From assembly GCA_043228905.1 (NCBI GenBank), contig JBHGNT010000143.1, forward strand, positions 3,451 to 67,450: a stretch of DNA of 64,000 bases, read 5' to 3'. Made by a program: the position numbers and the translations under genes. This document shows, piece after piece, positions 53,100-64,000 of the stretch. The first letter of the stretch is position 1. Every line of letters starts with the position of its first letter. Source of the stretch: Azolla caroliniana (Eukaryota; Plantae; Polypodiophyta). The notes under the pieces were generated by a model that was not told the origin of the DNA, did no database searches, and worked only from the letters and a program-made list of their open reading frames with translations.

Positions 53100-56000
53100 G
53101 ACCTGAGTTTCAAAATCTTGATTTTTTAATTCCATCTCATAGCTAGCGTTGTTAGCTTCGATTCGCATGTTTGAACACAAAAATCCGATATCACACGAGC
53201 CAGGTATGAACATTTTAATTTACTCAAGGGCTCCTCTCAACTCCCTCCTCAAGTTTGCTATTTTCGTCATGTCTCCTGACCTGAGTTTCAAAATCTTGAT
53301 TTTTTAATTCCATATCATAGGTAGCGTTGTTAGCTTCGATTCGCATGTTTGAACACAAAAATCCGATATCACACGAGCCAGGTATGAACATTTTAATTTA
53401 CTCAAGGGCTCTTCTCAACTCCCTCCTCAAGTTTGCTATTTTCATCATGTCTCTCGACCTGAGTTTCAAAATCTTGATTTTTTAATTCCATATCATAGGT
53501 AGCGTTGTTAGCTTCGATTTGCATGTTTGAACACAAAAATCCGATATCACACGAGCCCGATATGAACATTTTAATTTACTCAAGGGCTCCTCTCAAATCA
53601 CTCCTCAAATTTGGTAATTTCGTCATGTCTCTCGACCTGAGTTTCAAAATCTTGATTTTTTAATTCCATATCATAGGTAGCGTTGTTAGCTTCGATTCCC
53701 ATGTTTGAACACAAAAATCGGATATCACACGAGCCCGATATGAACATTTTAATTTACTCAAGGGCTCCTCTCAAATCACTCCTCAAATTTGGTAATTTCG
53801 TCATGTCTCTCGACCTGAGTTTCAAAATCTTGATTTTTTAATTCCATATCATAGGTAGCGTTGTTAGCTTCGATTCGCATGTTTGAACATAAAAATCCGA
53901 TATCACACGAGCCAGGTATGAACATTTTAATTTACTCAAGGGCTCCTCTCAACTCCCTCCTCAAGTTTGCTATTTTCGTCATGTCTCTCGACCTGAGTTT
54001 CAAAATCTTGATTTTTTAATTCCATATCATAGCTAGCGTTGTTAGCTTCGATTCGCATGTTTGAACACAAAAATCCGATATCACACGAGCCAGGTATGAA
54101 CATTTTAATTTACTCAAGGGCTCTTCTCAACTCCTTCCTCAAGTTTGCTATTTTCGTCATGTCTCTCGACCTGAGTTTCAAAATCTTGATTTTTTAATTC
54201 CATATCATAGGTAGCGTTGTTAGCTTCGATTCGCATGTTTGAACATAAAAATCCGATATCACACGAGCCAGGTATGAACATTTTAATTTACTAAAGGGCT
54301 CCTCTCAACTCCCTCCTCAAGTTTGCTATTTTCGTCATGTCTCTCGACCTGAGTTTCAAAATCTTGATTTTTTAATTCCATATCATAGGTAGCGTTGTTA
54401 GCTTCGATTCGCTTGTTTGAACACAAAAATCCGATATCACACGAGCCCGATATGAACATTTTAATTTACTCAAGGGCTCCTCTCAAATCACTCCTCAAAT
54501 TTGGTAATTTCGTCATGTCTCTCGACCTGAGTTTCAAAATCTTGATTTTTTAATTCCATATCATAGGTAGCGTTGTTAGCTTCGATTCCCATGTTTGAAC
54601 ACAAAAATCGGATATCACACGAGCCCGATATGAACATTTTAATTTACTCAAGGGCTCCTCTCAAATCACTCCTCAAATTTGGTAATTTCGTCATGTCTCT
54701 CGACCTGAGTTTCAAAATCTTGATTTTTTAATTCCATATCATAGGTAGCGTTGTTAGCTTCGATTCGCATGTTTGAACATAAAAATCCGATATCACACGA
54801 GCCAGGTATGAACATTTTAATTTACTCAAGGGCTCCTCTCAACTCCCTCCTCAAGTTTGCTATTTTCATCATGTCTCTCGACCTGAGTTTCAAAATCTTG
54901 ATTTTTTAATTCCATATCATAGCTAGCGTTGTTAGCTTCGATTCGCATGTTTGAACACAAAAATCCGATATCACACGAGCCAGGTATGAACATTTTAATT
55001 TACTCAAGGGCTCTTCTCAACTCCCTCCTCAAGTTTGCTATTTTCATCATGTCTCTCGACCTGAGTTTCAAAATCTTGATTTTTTAATTCCATATCATAG
55101 GTAGCGTTGTTAGCTTCGATTTGCATGTTTGAACACAAAAATCCGATATCACACGAGCCCGATATGAACATTTTAATTTACTCAAGGGCTCCTCTCAAAT
55201 CACTCCTCAAATTTGGTAATTCCGTCATGTCTCTCGACCTGAGTTTCAAAATCTTGATTTTTTAATTCCATATCATAGCTAGCGTTGTTAGCTTCGATTC
55301 GCATGTTTGAACACAAAAATCCGATATCACACGAGCCAGGTATGAACATTTTAATTTACTCAAGGGCTCTTCTCAACTCCTTCCTCAAGTTTGCTATTTT
55401 CGTCATGTCTCTCGACCTGAGTTTCAAAATCTTGATTTTTTAATTCCATATCATAGGTAGCGTTGTTAGCTTCGATTTGCATGTTTGAACACAAAAATCC
55501 GATATCACACGAGCCAGGTATGAACATTTTAATTTACCTACTACCTCTTCTCAACTCACTCCTCAAATTTGGTAATTTCGTCATGTCTCTCGACCTGAGT
55601 TTCAAAATCTTGATTTTTTAATTCCATATCATAGGTAGCGTTGTTAGCTTCGATTTGCATGTTTGAACACAAAAATCCGATATCACACGAGCCCGATATG
55701 AACATTTTAATTTACTCAAGGGCTCCTCTCAAATCACTCCTCAAATTTGGTAATTCCGTCATGTCTCTCGACCTGAGTTTCAAAATCTTGATTTTTTAAT
55801 TCCATATCATAGCTAGCGTTGTTAGCTTCGATTCGCATGTTTGAACACAAAAATCCGATATCACACGAGCCAGGTATGAACATTTTAATTTACTCAAGGG
55901 CTCTTCTCAACTCCTTCCTCAAGTTTGCTATTTTCGTCATGTCTCTCGACCTGAGTTTCAAAATCTTGATTTTTTAATTCCATATCATAGGTAGCGTTGT

Positions 56001-59000
56001 TAGCTTCGATTTGCATGTTTGAACACAAAAATCCGATATCACACGAGCCAGGTATGAACATTTTAATTTACCTACTACCTCTTCTCAACTCACTCCTCAA
56101 ATTTGGTAATTTCGTCATGTCTCTCGACCTGAGTTTCAAAATCTTGATTTTTTAATTCCATATCATAGGTAGCGTTGTTAGCTTCGATTTGCATGTTTGA
56201 ACACAAAAATCCGATATCACACGAGCCCGATATGAACATTTTAATTTACTCAAGGGCTCCTCTCAAATCACTCCTCAAATTTGGTAATTTCGTCATGTCT
56301 CTCGACCTGAGTTTCAAAATCTTGATTTTTTAATTCCATATCATAGGTAGCGTTGTTAGCTTCGATTCGCATGTTTGAACATAAAAATCCGATATCACAC
56401 GAGCCAGGTATGAACATTTTAATTTACTCAAGGGCTCCTCTCAACTCCCTCCTCAAGTTTGCTATTTTCGTCATGTCTCTCGACCTGAGTTTCAAAATCT
56501 TGATTTTTTAATTCCATATCATAGCTAGCGTTGTTAGCTTCGATTCGCATGTTTGAACACAAAAATCCGATATCACACGAGCCCGATATGAACATTTTAA
56601 TTTACTCAAGGGCTCCTCTCAAATCACTCCTCAAATTTGGTAATTTCGTCATGTCTCTCGACCTGAGTTTCAAAATCTTGATTTTTTAATTCCATATCAT
56701 AGGTAGCGTTGTTAGCTTCGATTCGCATGTTTGAACATAAAAATCCGATATCACACGAGCCAGGTATGAACATTTTAATTTACTCAAGGGCTCCTCTCAA
56801 CTCCCTCCTCAAGTTTGCTATTTTCGTCATGTCTCTCGACCTGAGTTTCAAAATCTTGATTTTTTAATTCCATATCATAGCTAGCGTTGTTAGCTTCGAT
56901 TCGCATGTTTGAACACAAAAATCCGATATCACACGAGCCAGGTATGAACATTTTAATTTACTCAAGGGCTCTTCTCAACTCCCTCCTCAAGTTTGCTATT
57001 TTCATCATGTCTCTCGACCTGAGTTTCAAAATCTTGATTTTTTAATTCCATATCATAGGTAGCGTTGTTAGCTTCGATTCGCATGTTTGAACACAAAAAA
57101 CCGATATCACACGAGCCAGGTATGAACATTTTAATTTACTCAAGGGCTCCTCTCAACTCCCTCCTCAAGTTTGCTATTTTCGTCATGTCTCCTGACCTGA
57201 GTTTCAAAATCTTGATTTTTTAATTCCATATCATAGGTAGCGTTGTTAGCTTCGATTCGCATGTTTGAACACAAAAATCCGATATCACACGAGCCAGGTA
57301 TGAACATTTTAATTTACTCAAGGGCTCTTCTCAACTCCCTCCTCAAGTTTGCTATTTTCATCATGTCTCTCGACCTGAGTTTCAAAATCTTGATTTTTTA
57401 ATTCCATATCATAGGTAGCGTTGTTAGCTTCGATTTGCATGTTTGAACACAAAAATCCGATATCACACGAGCCAGGTATGAACATTTTAATTTACTCTAG
57501 GGCTCTTCTCAACTCCCTCCTCAAGTTTGCTATTTTCATCATGTCTCTCGACCTGAGTTTCAAAATCTTGATTTTTTAATTCCATATCATAGGTAGCGTT
57601 GTTAGCTTCGATTTGCATGTTTGAACACAAAAATCCGATATCACACGAGCCCGATATGAACATTTTAATTTACTCAAGGGCTCCTCTCAAATCACTCCTC
57701 AAATTTGGTAATTCCGTCATGTCTCTCGACCTGAGTTTCAAAATCTTGATTTTTTAATTCCATATCATAGGTAGCGTTGTTAGCTTCGATTCGCATGTTT
57801 GAACACAAAAATCCGATATCACACGAGCCAGGTATGAACATTTTAATTTACTCAAGGGCTCTTCTCAACTCCCTCCTCAAGTTTGCTATTTTCATCATGT
57901 CTCTCGACCTGAGTTTCAAAATCTTGATTTTTTAATTCCATATCATAGGTAGCGTTGTTAGCTTCGATTTGCATGTTTGAACACAAAAATCCGATATCAC
58001 ACGAGCCCGATATGAACATTTTAATTTACTCAAGGGCTCCTCTCAAATCACTCCTCAAATTTGGTAATTCCGTCATGTCTCTCGACCTGAGTTTCAAAAT
58101 CTTGATTTTTTAATTCCATATCATAGGTAGCGTTGTTAGCTTCGATTCGCATGTTTGAACAGAAAAATCCGATATCACACGAGCCAGGTATGAACATTTT
58201 AATTTACTCAAGGGCTCTTCTCAACTCCCTCCTCAAGTTTGCTATTTTCATCATGTCTCTCGACCTGAGTTTCAAAATCTTGATTTTTTAATTCCATATC
58301 ATAGGTAGCGTTGTTAGCTTCGATTTGCATGTTTGAACACAAAAATCCGATATCACACGAGCCAGGTATGAACATTTTAATTTACTCAAGGGCTCCTCTC
58401 AAATCACTCCTCAAATTTGGTAATTCCGTCATGTCTCTCGACCTGAGTTTCAAATTCCTTATTTTTTAATTCCATATCATAGGTAGCGTTGTTAGCTTCG
58501 ATTCGCATGTTTGAACACAAAAATCCGATATCACACGAGCCAGGTATGAACATTTTAATTTACTCAAGGGCTCCTCTCAACTCCTTCCTCAAGTTTGCTA
58601 TTTTCGTCATGTCTCTCGACCTGAGTTTCAAAATCTTGATTTTTTAATTCCATATCATAGGTAGCGTTGTTAGCTTCGATTCGCATGTTTGAACACAAAA
58701 ATCCGATATCACACGAGCCCGATATGAACATTTTAATTTACTCAAGGGCTCCTCTCAAATCACTCCTCAAATTTGGTAATTTCGTCATGTCTCTCGACCT
58801 GAGTTTCAAAATCTTGATTTTTTAATTCCATATCATAGGTAGCGTTGTTAGCTTCGATTTGCATGTTTGAACACAAAAATCCGATATCACACGAGCCCGA
58901 TATGAACATTTTAATTTACTCAAGGGCTCCTCTCAAATCACTCCTCAAATTTGGTAATTTCGTCATGTCTCTCGACCTGAGTTTCAAAATCTTGATTTTT

Positions 59001-62000
59001 TAATTCCATATCATAGGTAGCGTTGTTAGCTTCGATTCGCATGTTTGAACATAAAAATCCGATATCACACGAGCCAGGTATGAACATTTTAATTTACTCA
59101 AGGGCTCCTCTCAACTCCCTCCTCAAGTTTGCTATTTTCGTCATGTCTCTCGACCTGAGTTTCAAAATCTTGATTTTTTAATTCCATATCATAGGTAGCG
59201 TTGTTAGCTTCGATTCGCATGTTTGAACACAAAAATCCGATATCACACGAGCCCGATATGAACATTTTAATTTACTCAAGGGCTCCTCTCAAATCACTCC
59301 TCAAATTTGGTAATTCCGTCATGTCTCTCGACCTGAGTTTCAAAATCTTGATTTTTTAATTCCATATCATAGGTAGCGTTGTTAGCTTCGATTCGCATGT
59401 TTGAACACAAAAATCGGATATCACACGAGCCAGGTATGAACATTTTAATTTACTCAAGGGCTCCTCTCAACTCCTTCCTCAAGTTTGCTATTTTCGTCAT
59501 GTCTCTCGACCTGAGTTTCAAAATCTTGATTTTTTAATTCCATATCATAGGTAGCGTTGTTAGCTTCGATTCGCATGTTTGAACACAAAAATCCGATATC
59601 ACACGAGCCAGGTATGAACATTTTAATTTACTCAAGGGCTCTTCTCAACTCCCTCCTCAAGTTTGCTATTTTCATCATGTCTCTCGACCTGAGTTTCAAA
59701 ATCTTGATTTTTTAATTCCATATCATAGGTAGCGTTGTTAGCTTCGATTTGCATGTTTGAACACAAAAATCCGATATCACACGAGCCCGATATGAACATT
59801 TTAATTTACTCAAGGGCTCCTCTCAAATCACTCCTCAAATTTGGTAATTTCGTCATGTCTCTCGACCTGAGTTTCAAAATCTTGATTTTTTAATTCCATA
59901 TCATAGGTAGCGTTGTTAGCTTCGATTCGCATGTTTGAACATAAAAATCCGATATCACACGAGCCAGGTATGAACATTTTAATTTACTCAAGGGCTCCTC
60001 TCAACTCCCTCCTCAAGTTTGCTATTTTCGTCATGTCTCTCGACCTGAGTTTCAAAATCTTGATTTTTTAATTCCATATCATAGCTAGCGTTGTTAGCTT
60101 CGATTCGCATGTTTGAACACAAAAATCCGATATCACACGAGCCAGGTATGAACATTTTAATTTACTCAAGGGCTCTTCTCAACTCCCTCCTCAAGTTTGC
60201 TATTTTCATCATGTCTCTCGACCTGAGTTTCAAAATCTTGATTTTTTAATTCCATATCATAGGTAGCGTTGTTAGCTTCGATTCGCATGTTTGAACACAA
60301 AAATCCGATATCACACGAGCCAGGTATGAACATTTTAATTTACTCAAGGGCTCCTCTCAACTCCCTCCTCAAGTTTGCTATTTTCGTCATGTCTCCTGAC
60401 CTGAGTTTCAAAATCTTGATTTTTTAATTCCATATCATAGGTAGCGTTGTTAGCTTCGATTCGCATGTTTGAACACAAAAATCCGATATCACACGAGCCA
60501 GGTATGAACATTTTAATTTACTCAAGGGCTCTTCTCAACTCCCTCCTCAAGTTTGCTATTTTCATCATGTCTCTCGACCTGAGTTTCAAAATCTTGATTT
60601 TTTAATTCCATATCATAGGTAGCGTTGTTAGCTTCGATTTGCATGTTTGAACACAAAAATCCGATATCACACGAGCCAGGTATGAACATTTTAATTTACT
60701 CTAGGGCTCTTCTCAACTCCCTCCTCAAGTTTGCTATTTTCATCATGTCTCTCGACCTGAGTTTCAAAATCTTGATTTTTTAATTCCATATCATAGGTAG
60801 CGTTGTTAGCTTCGATTTGCATGTTTGAACACAAAAATCCGATATCACACGAGCCCGATATGAACATTTTAATTTACTCAAGGGCTCCTCTCAAATCACT
60901 CCTCAAATTTGGTAATTCCGTCATGTCTCTCGACCTGAGTTTCAAAATCTTGATTTTTTAATTCCATATCATAGGTAGCGTTGTTAGCTTCGATTCGCAT
61001 GTTTGAACACAAAAATCCGATATCACACGAGCCAGGTATGAACATTTTAATTTACTCAAGGGCTCTTCTCAACTCCCTCCTCAAGTTTGCTATTTTCATC
61101 ATGTCTCTCGACCTGAGTTTCAAAATCTTGATTTTTTAATTCCATATCATAGGTAGCGTTGTTAGCTTCGATTTGCATGTTTGAACACAAAAATCCGATA
61201 TCACACGAGCCCGATATGAACATTTTAATTTACTCAAGGGCTCCTCTCAAATCACTCCTCAAATTTGGTAATTCCGTCATGTCTCTCGACCTGAGTTTCA
61301 AAATCTTGATTTTTTAATTCCATATCATAGGTAGCGTTGTTAGCTTCGATTCGCATGTTTGAACACAAAAATCCGATATCACACGAGCCAGGTATGAACA
61401 TTTTAATTTACTCAAGGGCTCTTCTCAACTCCCTCCTCAAGTTTGCTATTTTCATCATGTCTCTCGACCTGAGTTTCAAAATCTTGATTTTTTAATTCCA
61501 TATCATAGGTAGCGTTGTTAGCTTCGATTTGCATGTTTGAACACAAAAATCCGATATCACACGAGCCAGGTATGAACATTTTAATTTACTCAAGGGCTCC
61601 TCTCAAATCACTCCTCAAATTTGGTAATTTCGTCATGTCTCTCGACCTGAGTTTCAAAATCTTGATTTTTTAATTCCATATCATAGGTAGCGTTGTTAGC
61701 TTCGATTCGCATGTTTGAACATAAAAATCCGATATCACACGAGCCAGGTATGAACATTTTAATTTACTCAAGGGCTCCTCTCAACTCCCTCCTCAAGTTT
61801 GCTATTTTCGTCATGTCTCTCGACCTGAGTTTCAAAATCTTGATTTTTTAATTCCATATCATAGGTAGCGTTGTTAGCTTCGATTCGCATGTTTGAACAC
61901 AAAAATCCGATATCACACGAGCCCGATATGAACATTTTAATTTACTCAAGGGCTCCTCTCAAATCACTCCTCAAATTTGGTAATTTCGTCATGTCTCTCG

Positions 62001-64000
62001 ACCTGAGTTTCAAAATCTTGATTTTTTAATTCCATATCATAGGTAGCGTTGTTAGCTTCGATTTGCATGTTTGAACACAAAAATCCGATATCACACGAGC
62101 CCGATATGAACATTTTAATTTACTCAAGGGCTCCTCTCAAATCACTCCTCAAATTTGGTAATTCCGTCATGTCTCTCGACCTGAGTTTCAAAATCTTGAT
62201 TTTTTAATTCCATATCATAGGTAGCGTTGTTAGCTTCGATTCGCATGTTTGAACATAAAAATCCGATATCACACGAGCCAGGTATGAACATTTTAATTTA
62301 CTAAAGGGCTCCTCTCAACTCCCTCCTCAAGTTTGCTATTTTCGTCATGTCTCTCGACCTGAGTTTCAAAATCTTGATTTTTTAATTCCATATCATAGGT
62401 AGCGTTGTTAGCTTCGATTCGCATGTTTGAACACAAAAATCCGATATCACACGAGCCCGATATGAACATTTTAATTTACTCAAGGGCTCCTCTCAAATCA
62501 CTCCTCAAATTTGGTAATTTCGTCATGTCTCTCGACCTGAGTTTCAAAATCTTGATTTTTTAATTCCATATCATAGGTAGCGTTGTTAGCTTCGATTCCC
62601 ATGTTTGAACACAAAAATCGGATATCACACGAGCCCGATATGAACATTTTAATTTACTCAAGGGCTCCTCTCAAATCACTCCTCAAATTTGGTAATTTCG
62701 TCATGTCTCTCGACCTGAGTTTCAAAATCTTGATTTTTTAATTCCATATCATAGGTAGCGTTGTTAGCTTCGATTCGCATGTTTGAACATAAAAATCCGA
62801 TATCACACGAGCCAGGTATGAACATTTTAATTTACTCAAGGGCTCCTCTCAACTCCCTCCTCAAGTTTGCTATTTTCGTCATGTCTCTCGACCTGAGTTT
62901 CAAAATCTTGATTTTTTAATTCCATATCATAGCTAGCGTTGTTAGCTTCGATTCGCATGTTTGAACACAAAAATCCGATATCACACGAGCCAGGTATGAA
63001 CATTTTAATTTACTCAAGGGCTCCTCTCAACTCCCTCCTCAAGTTTGCTATTTTCGTCATGTCTCTCGACCTGAGTTTCAAAATCTTGATTTTTTAATTC
63101 CATATCATAGGTAGCGTTGTTAGCTTCGATTCGCATGTTTGAACACAAAAATCCGATATCACACGAGCCCGATATGAACATTTTAATTTACTCAAGGGCT
63201 CCTCTCAAATCACTCCTCAAATTTGGTAATTTCGTCATGTCTCTCGACCTGAGTTTCAAATTCCTTATTTTTTAATTCCATATCATAGGTAGCGTTGTTA
63301 GCTTCGATTCGCATGTTTGAACACAAAAATCCGATATCACACGAGCCAGGTATGAACATTTTAATTTACTCAAGGGCTCCTCTCAACTCCTTCCTCAAGT
63401 TTGCTATTTTCGTCATGTCTCTCGACCTGAGTTTCAAAATCTTGATTTTTTAATTCCATATCATAGGTAGCGTTGTTAGCTTCGATTCGCATGTTTGAAC
63501 ACAAAAATCCGATATCACACGAGCTAGGTATGAACATTTTAATTTACTCAAGGGCTCCTCTCAACTCCCTCCTCAAGTTTGCTATTTTCGTCATGTCTCT
63601 CGACCTGAGTTTCAAAATCTTGATTTTTTAATTCCATATCATAGGTAGCGTTGTTAGCTTCGATTCGCATGTTTGAACACAAAAATCCGATATCACACGA
63701 GCCAGGTATGAACATTTTAATTTACTCAAGGGCTCTTCTCAACTCCCTCCTCAAGTTTGCTATTTTCATCATGTCTCTCGACCTGAGTTTCAAAATCTTG
63801 ATTTTTTAATTCCATATCATAGGTAGCGTTGTTAGCTTCGATTTGCATGTTTGAACACAAAAATCCGATATCACACGAGCCAGGTATGAACCTTTTAATT
63901 TACCTACTACCTCTTCTCAACTCACTCCTCAAATTTGGTAATTTCGTCATGTCTCTCGACCTGAGTTTCAAAATCTTGATTTTTTAATTCCATATCATAG
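53100..64000. repeat. Right sub-array: TTTAC-TCAAGG-GCTC, GGTAG, GTTAG, ATGTTT monomers of two interspersed types
   Basis: Type 1 is CCAGGTA...ACTCCCTCCTCAAGTTTGCTATTTT; type 2 is CCCGATA...AATCACTCCTCAAATTTGGTAATTT. The 178-bp phase is constant from ~48.3 kb to the end. Confidence 0.85.

Larger units (their letters stand above)
41900..53100. repeat. Diverged middle zone with many private variants and most of the indels
   Basis: Variants GACATGAG, AATGTTGA, ATTGACC and CCATCTC occur here; 62-bp, 1-bp and +2-bp indels lie between 43.1 and 48.3 kb. The right boundary is gradual. Confidence 0.75.
1..64000. repeat. 178-bp tandem satellite array, about 360 monomers, one orientation; probably centromeric or pericentromeric
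   Basis: The GACCTGAG anchor recurs at 2, 180, 358 and exactly at 2+178n (5342, 10682, 16022, 21362, 26702, 32042, 37382). After the observed indels (net -124 bp), the anchor at 63958 is exactly 360 periods on. No unique sequence was seen. The centromeric role is inferred only from monomer length and homogeneity. Confidence 0.98.

Noticed and set aside
1-64000. CRISPR array or other repeat-spacer system
   Set aside because: There are no unique spacers: the whole 178 bp repeats, variable sites have only a few recurring alleles, and no cas genes are present.
1-64000. Arabidopsis CEN178, alpha satellite, or 5S rDNA/tRNA/snRNA tandem array
   Set aside because: I recognise no motifs of these families, no canonical CENP-B box and no structured-RNA or Pol III gene signature. 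Only the length is similar. A database search is needed to be certain.
1-64000. Transposon insertion, telomeric repeats or array inversion
   Set aside because: Phase accounting explains the full length with seven-plus small indels and two 62-bp deletions, leaving no room for inserted sequence. All monomers read in the same orientation.

Overview
The whole 64-kb window is one uninterrupted, head-to-tail, single-orientation tandem array of an AT-rich 178-bp satellite: 360 periods from 2 to 63957 plus a partial unit. It looks like a eukaryotic centromeric or pericentromeric satellite, but I cannot name the family or species. I see no genes, RNA genes, transposons or CRISPR arrays, and all listed ORFs are chance read-throughs of the monomer. 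The information lies in the pattern of variants, which I compared by eye. (1) A homogeneous left domain (1 to ~41.9 kb) stays in exact 178-bp phase to ~38.7 kb and has layered higher-order repeats (two different 12-mers, a 6-mer, a 29-mer with a nested 10-mer, a 16-mer). (2) A more diverged middle zone (~41.9-53 kb) has its own monomer variants and 62-bp deletions. (3) A right domain is made of two interspersed monomer types. Chimeric junction monomers, an inverted-template micro-insertion, co-inherited multi-base variant blocks and a possible ancestral half-monomer duplication record how the array evolved. I found no new protein-coding system.
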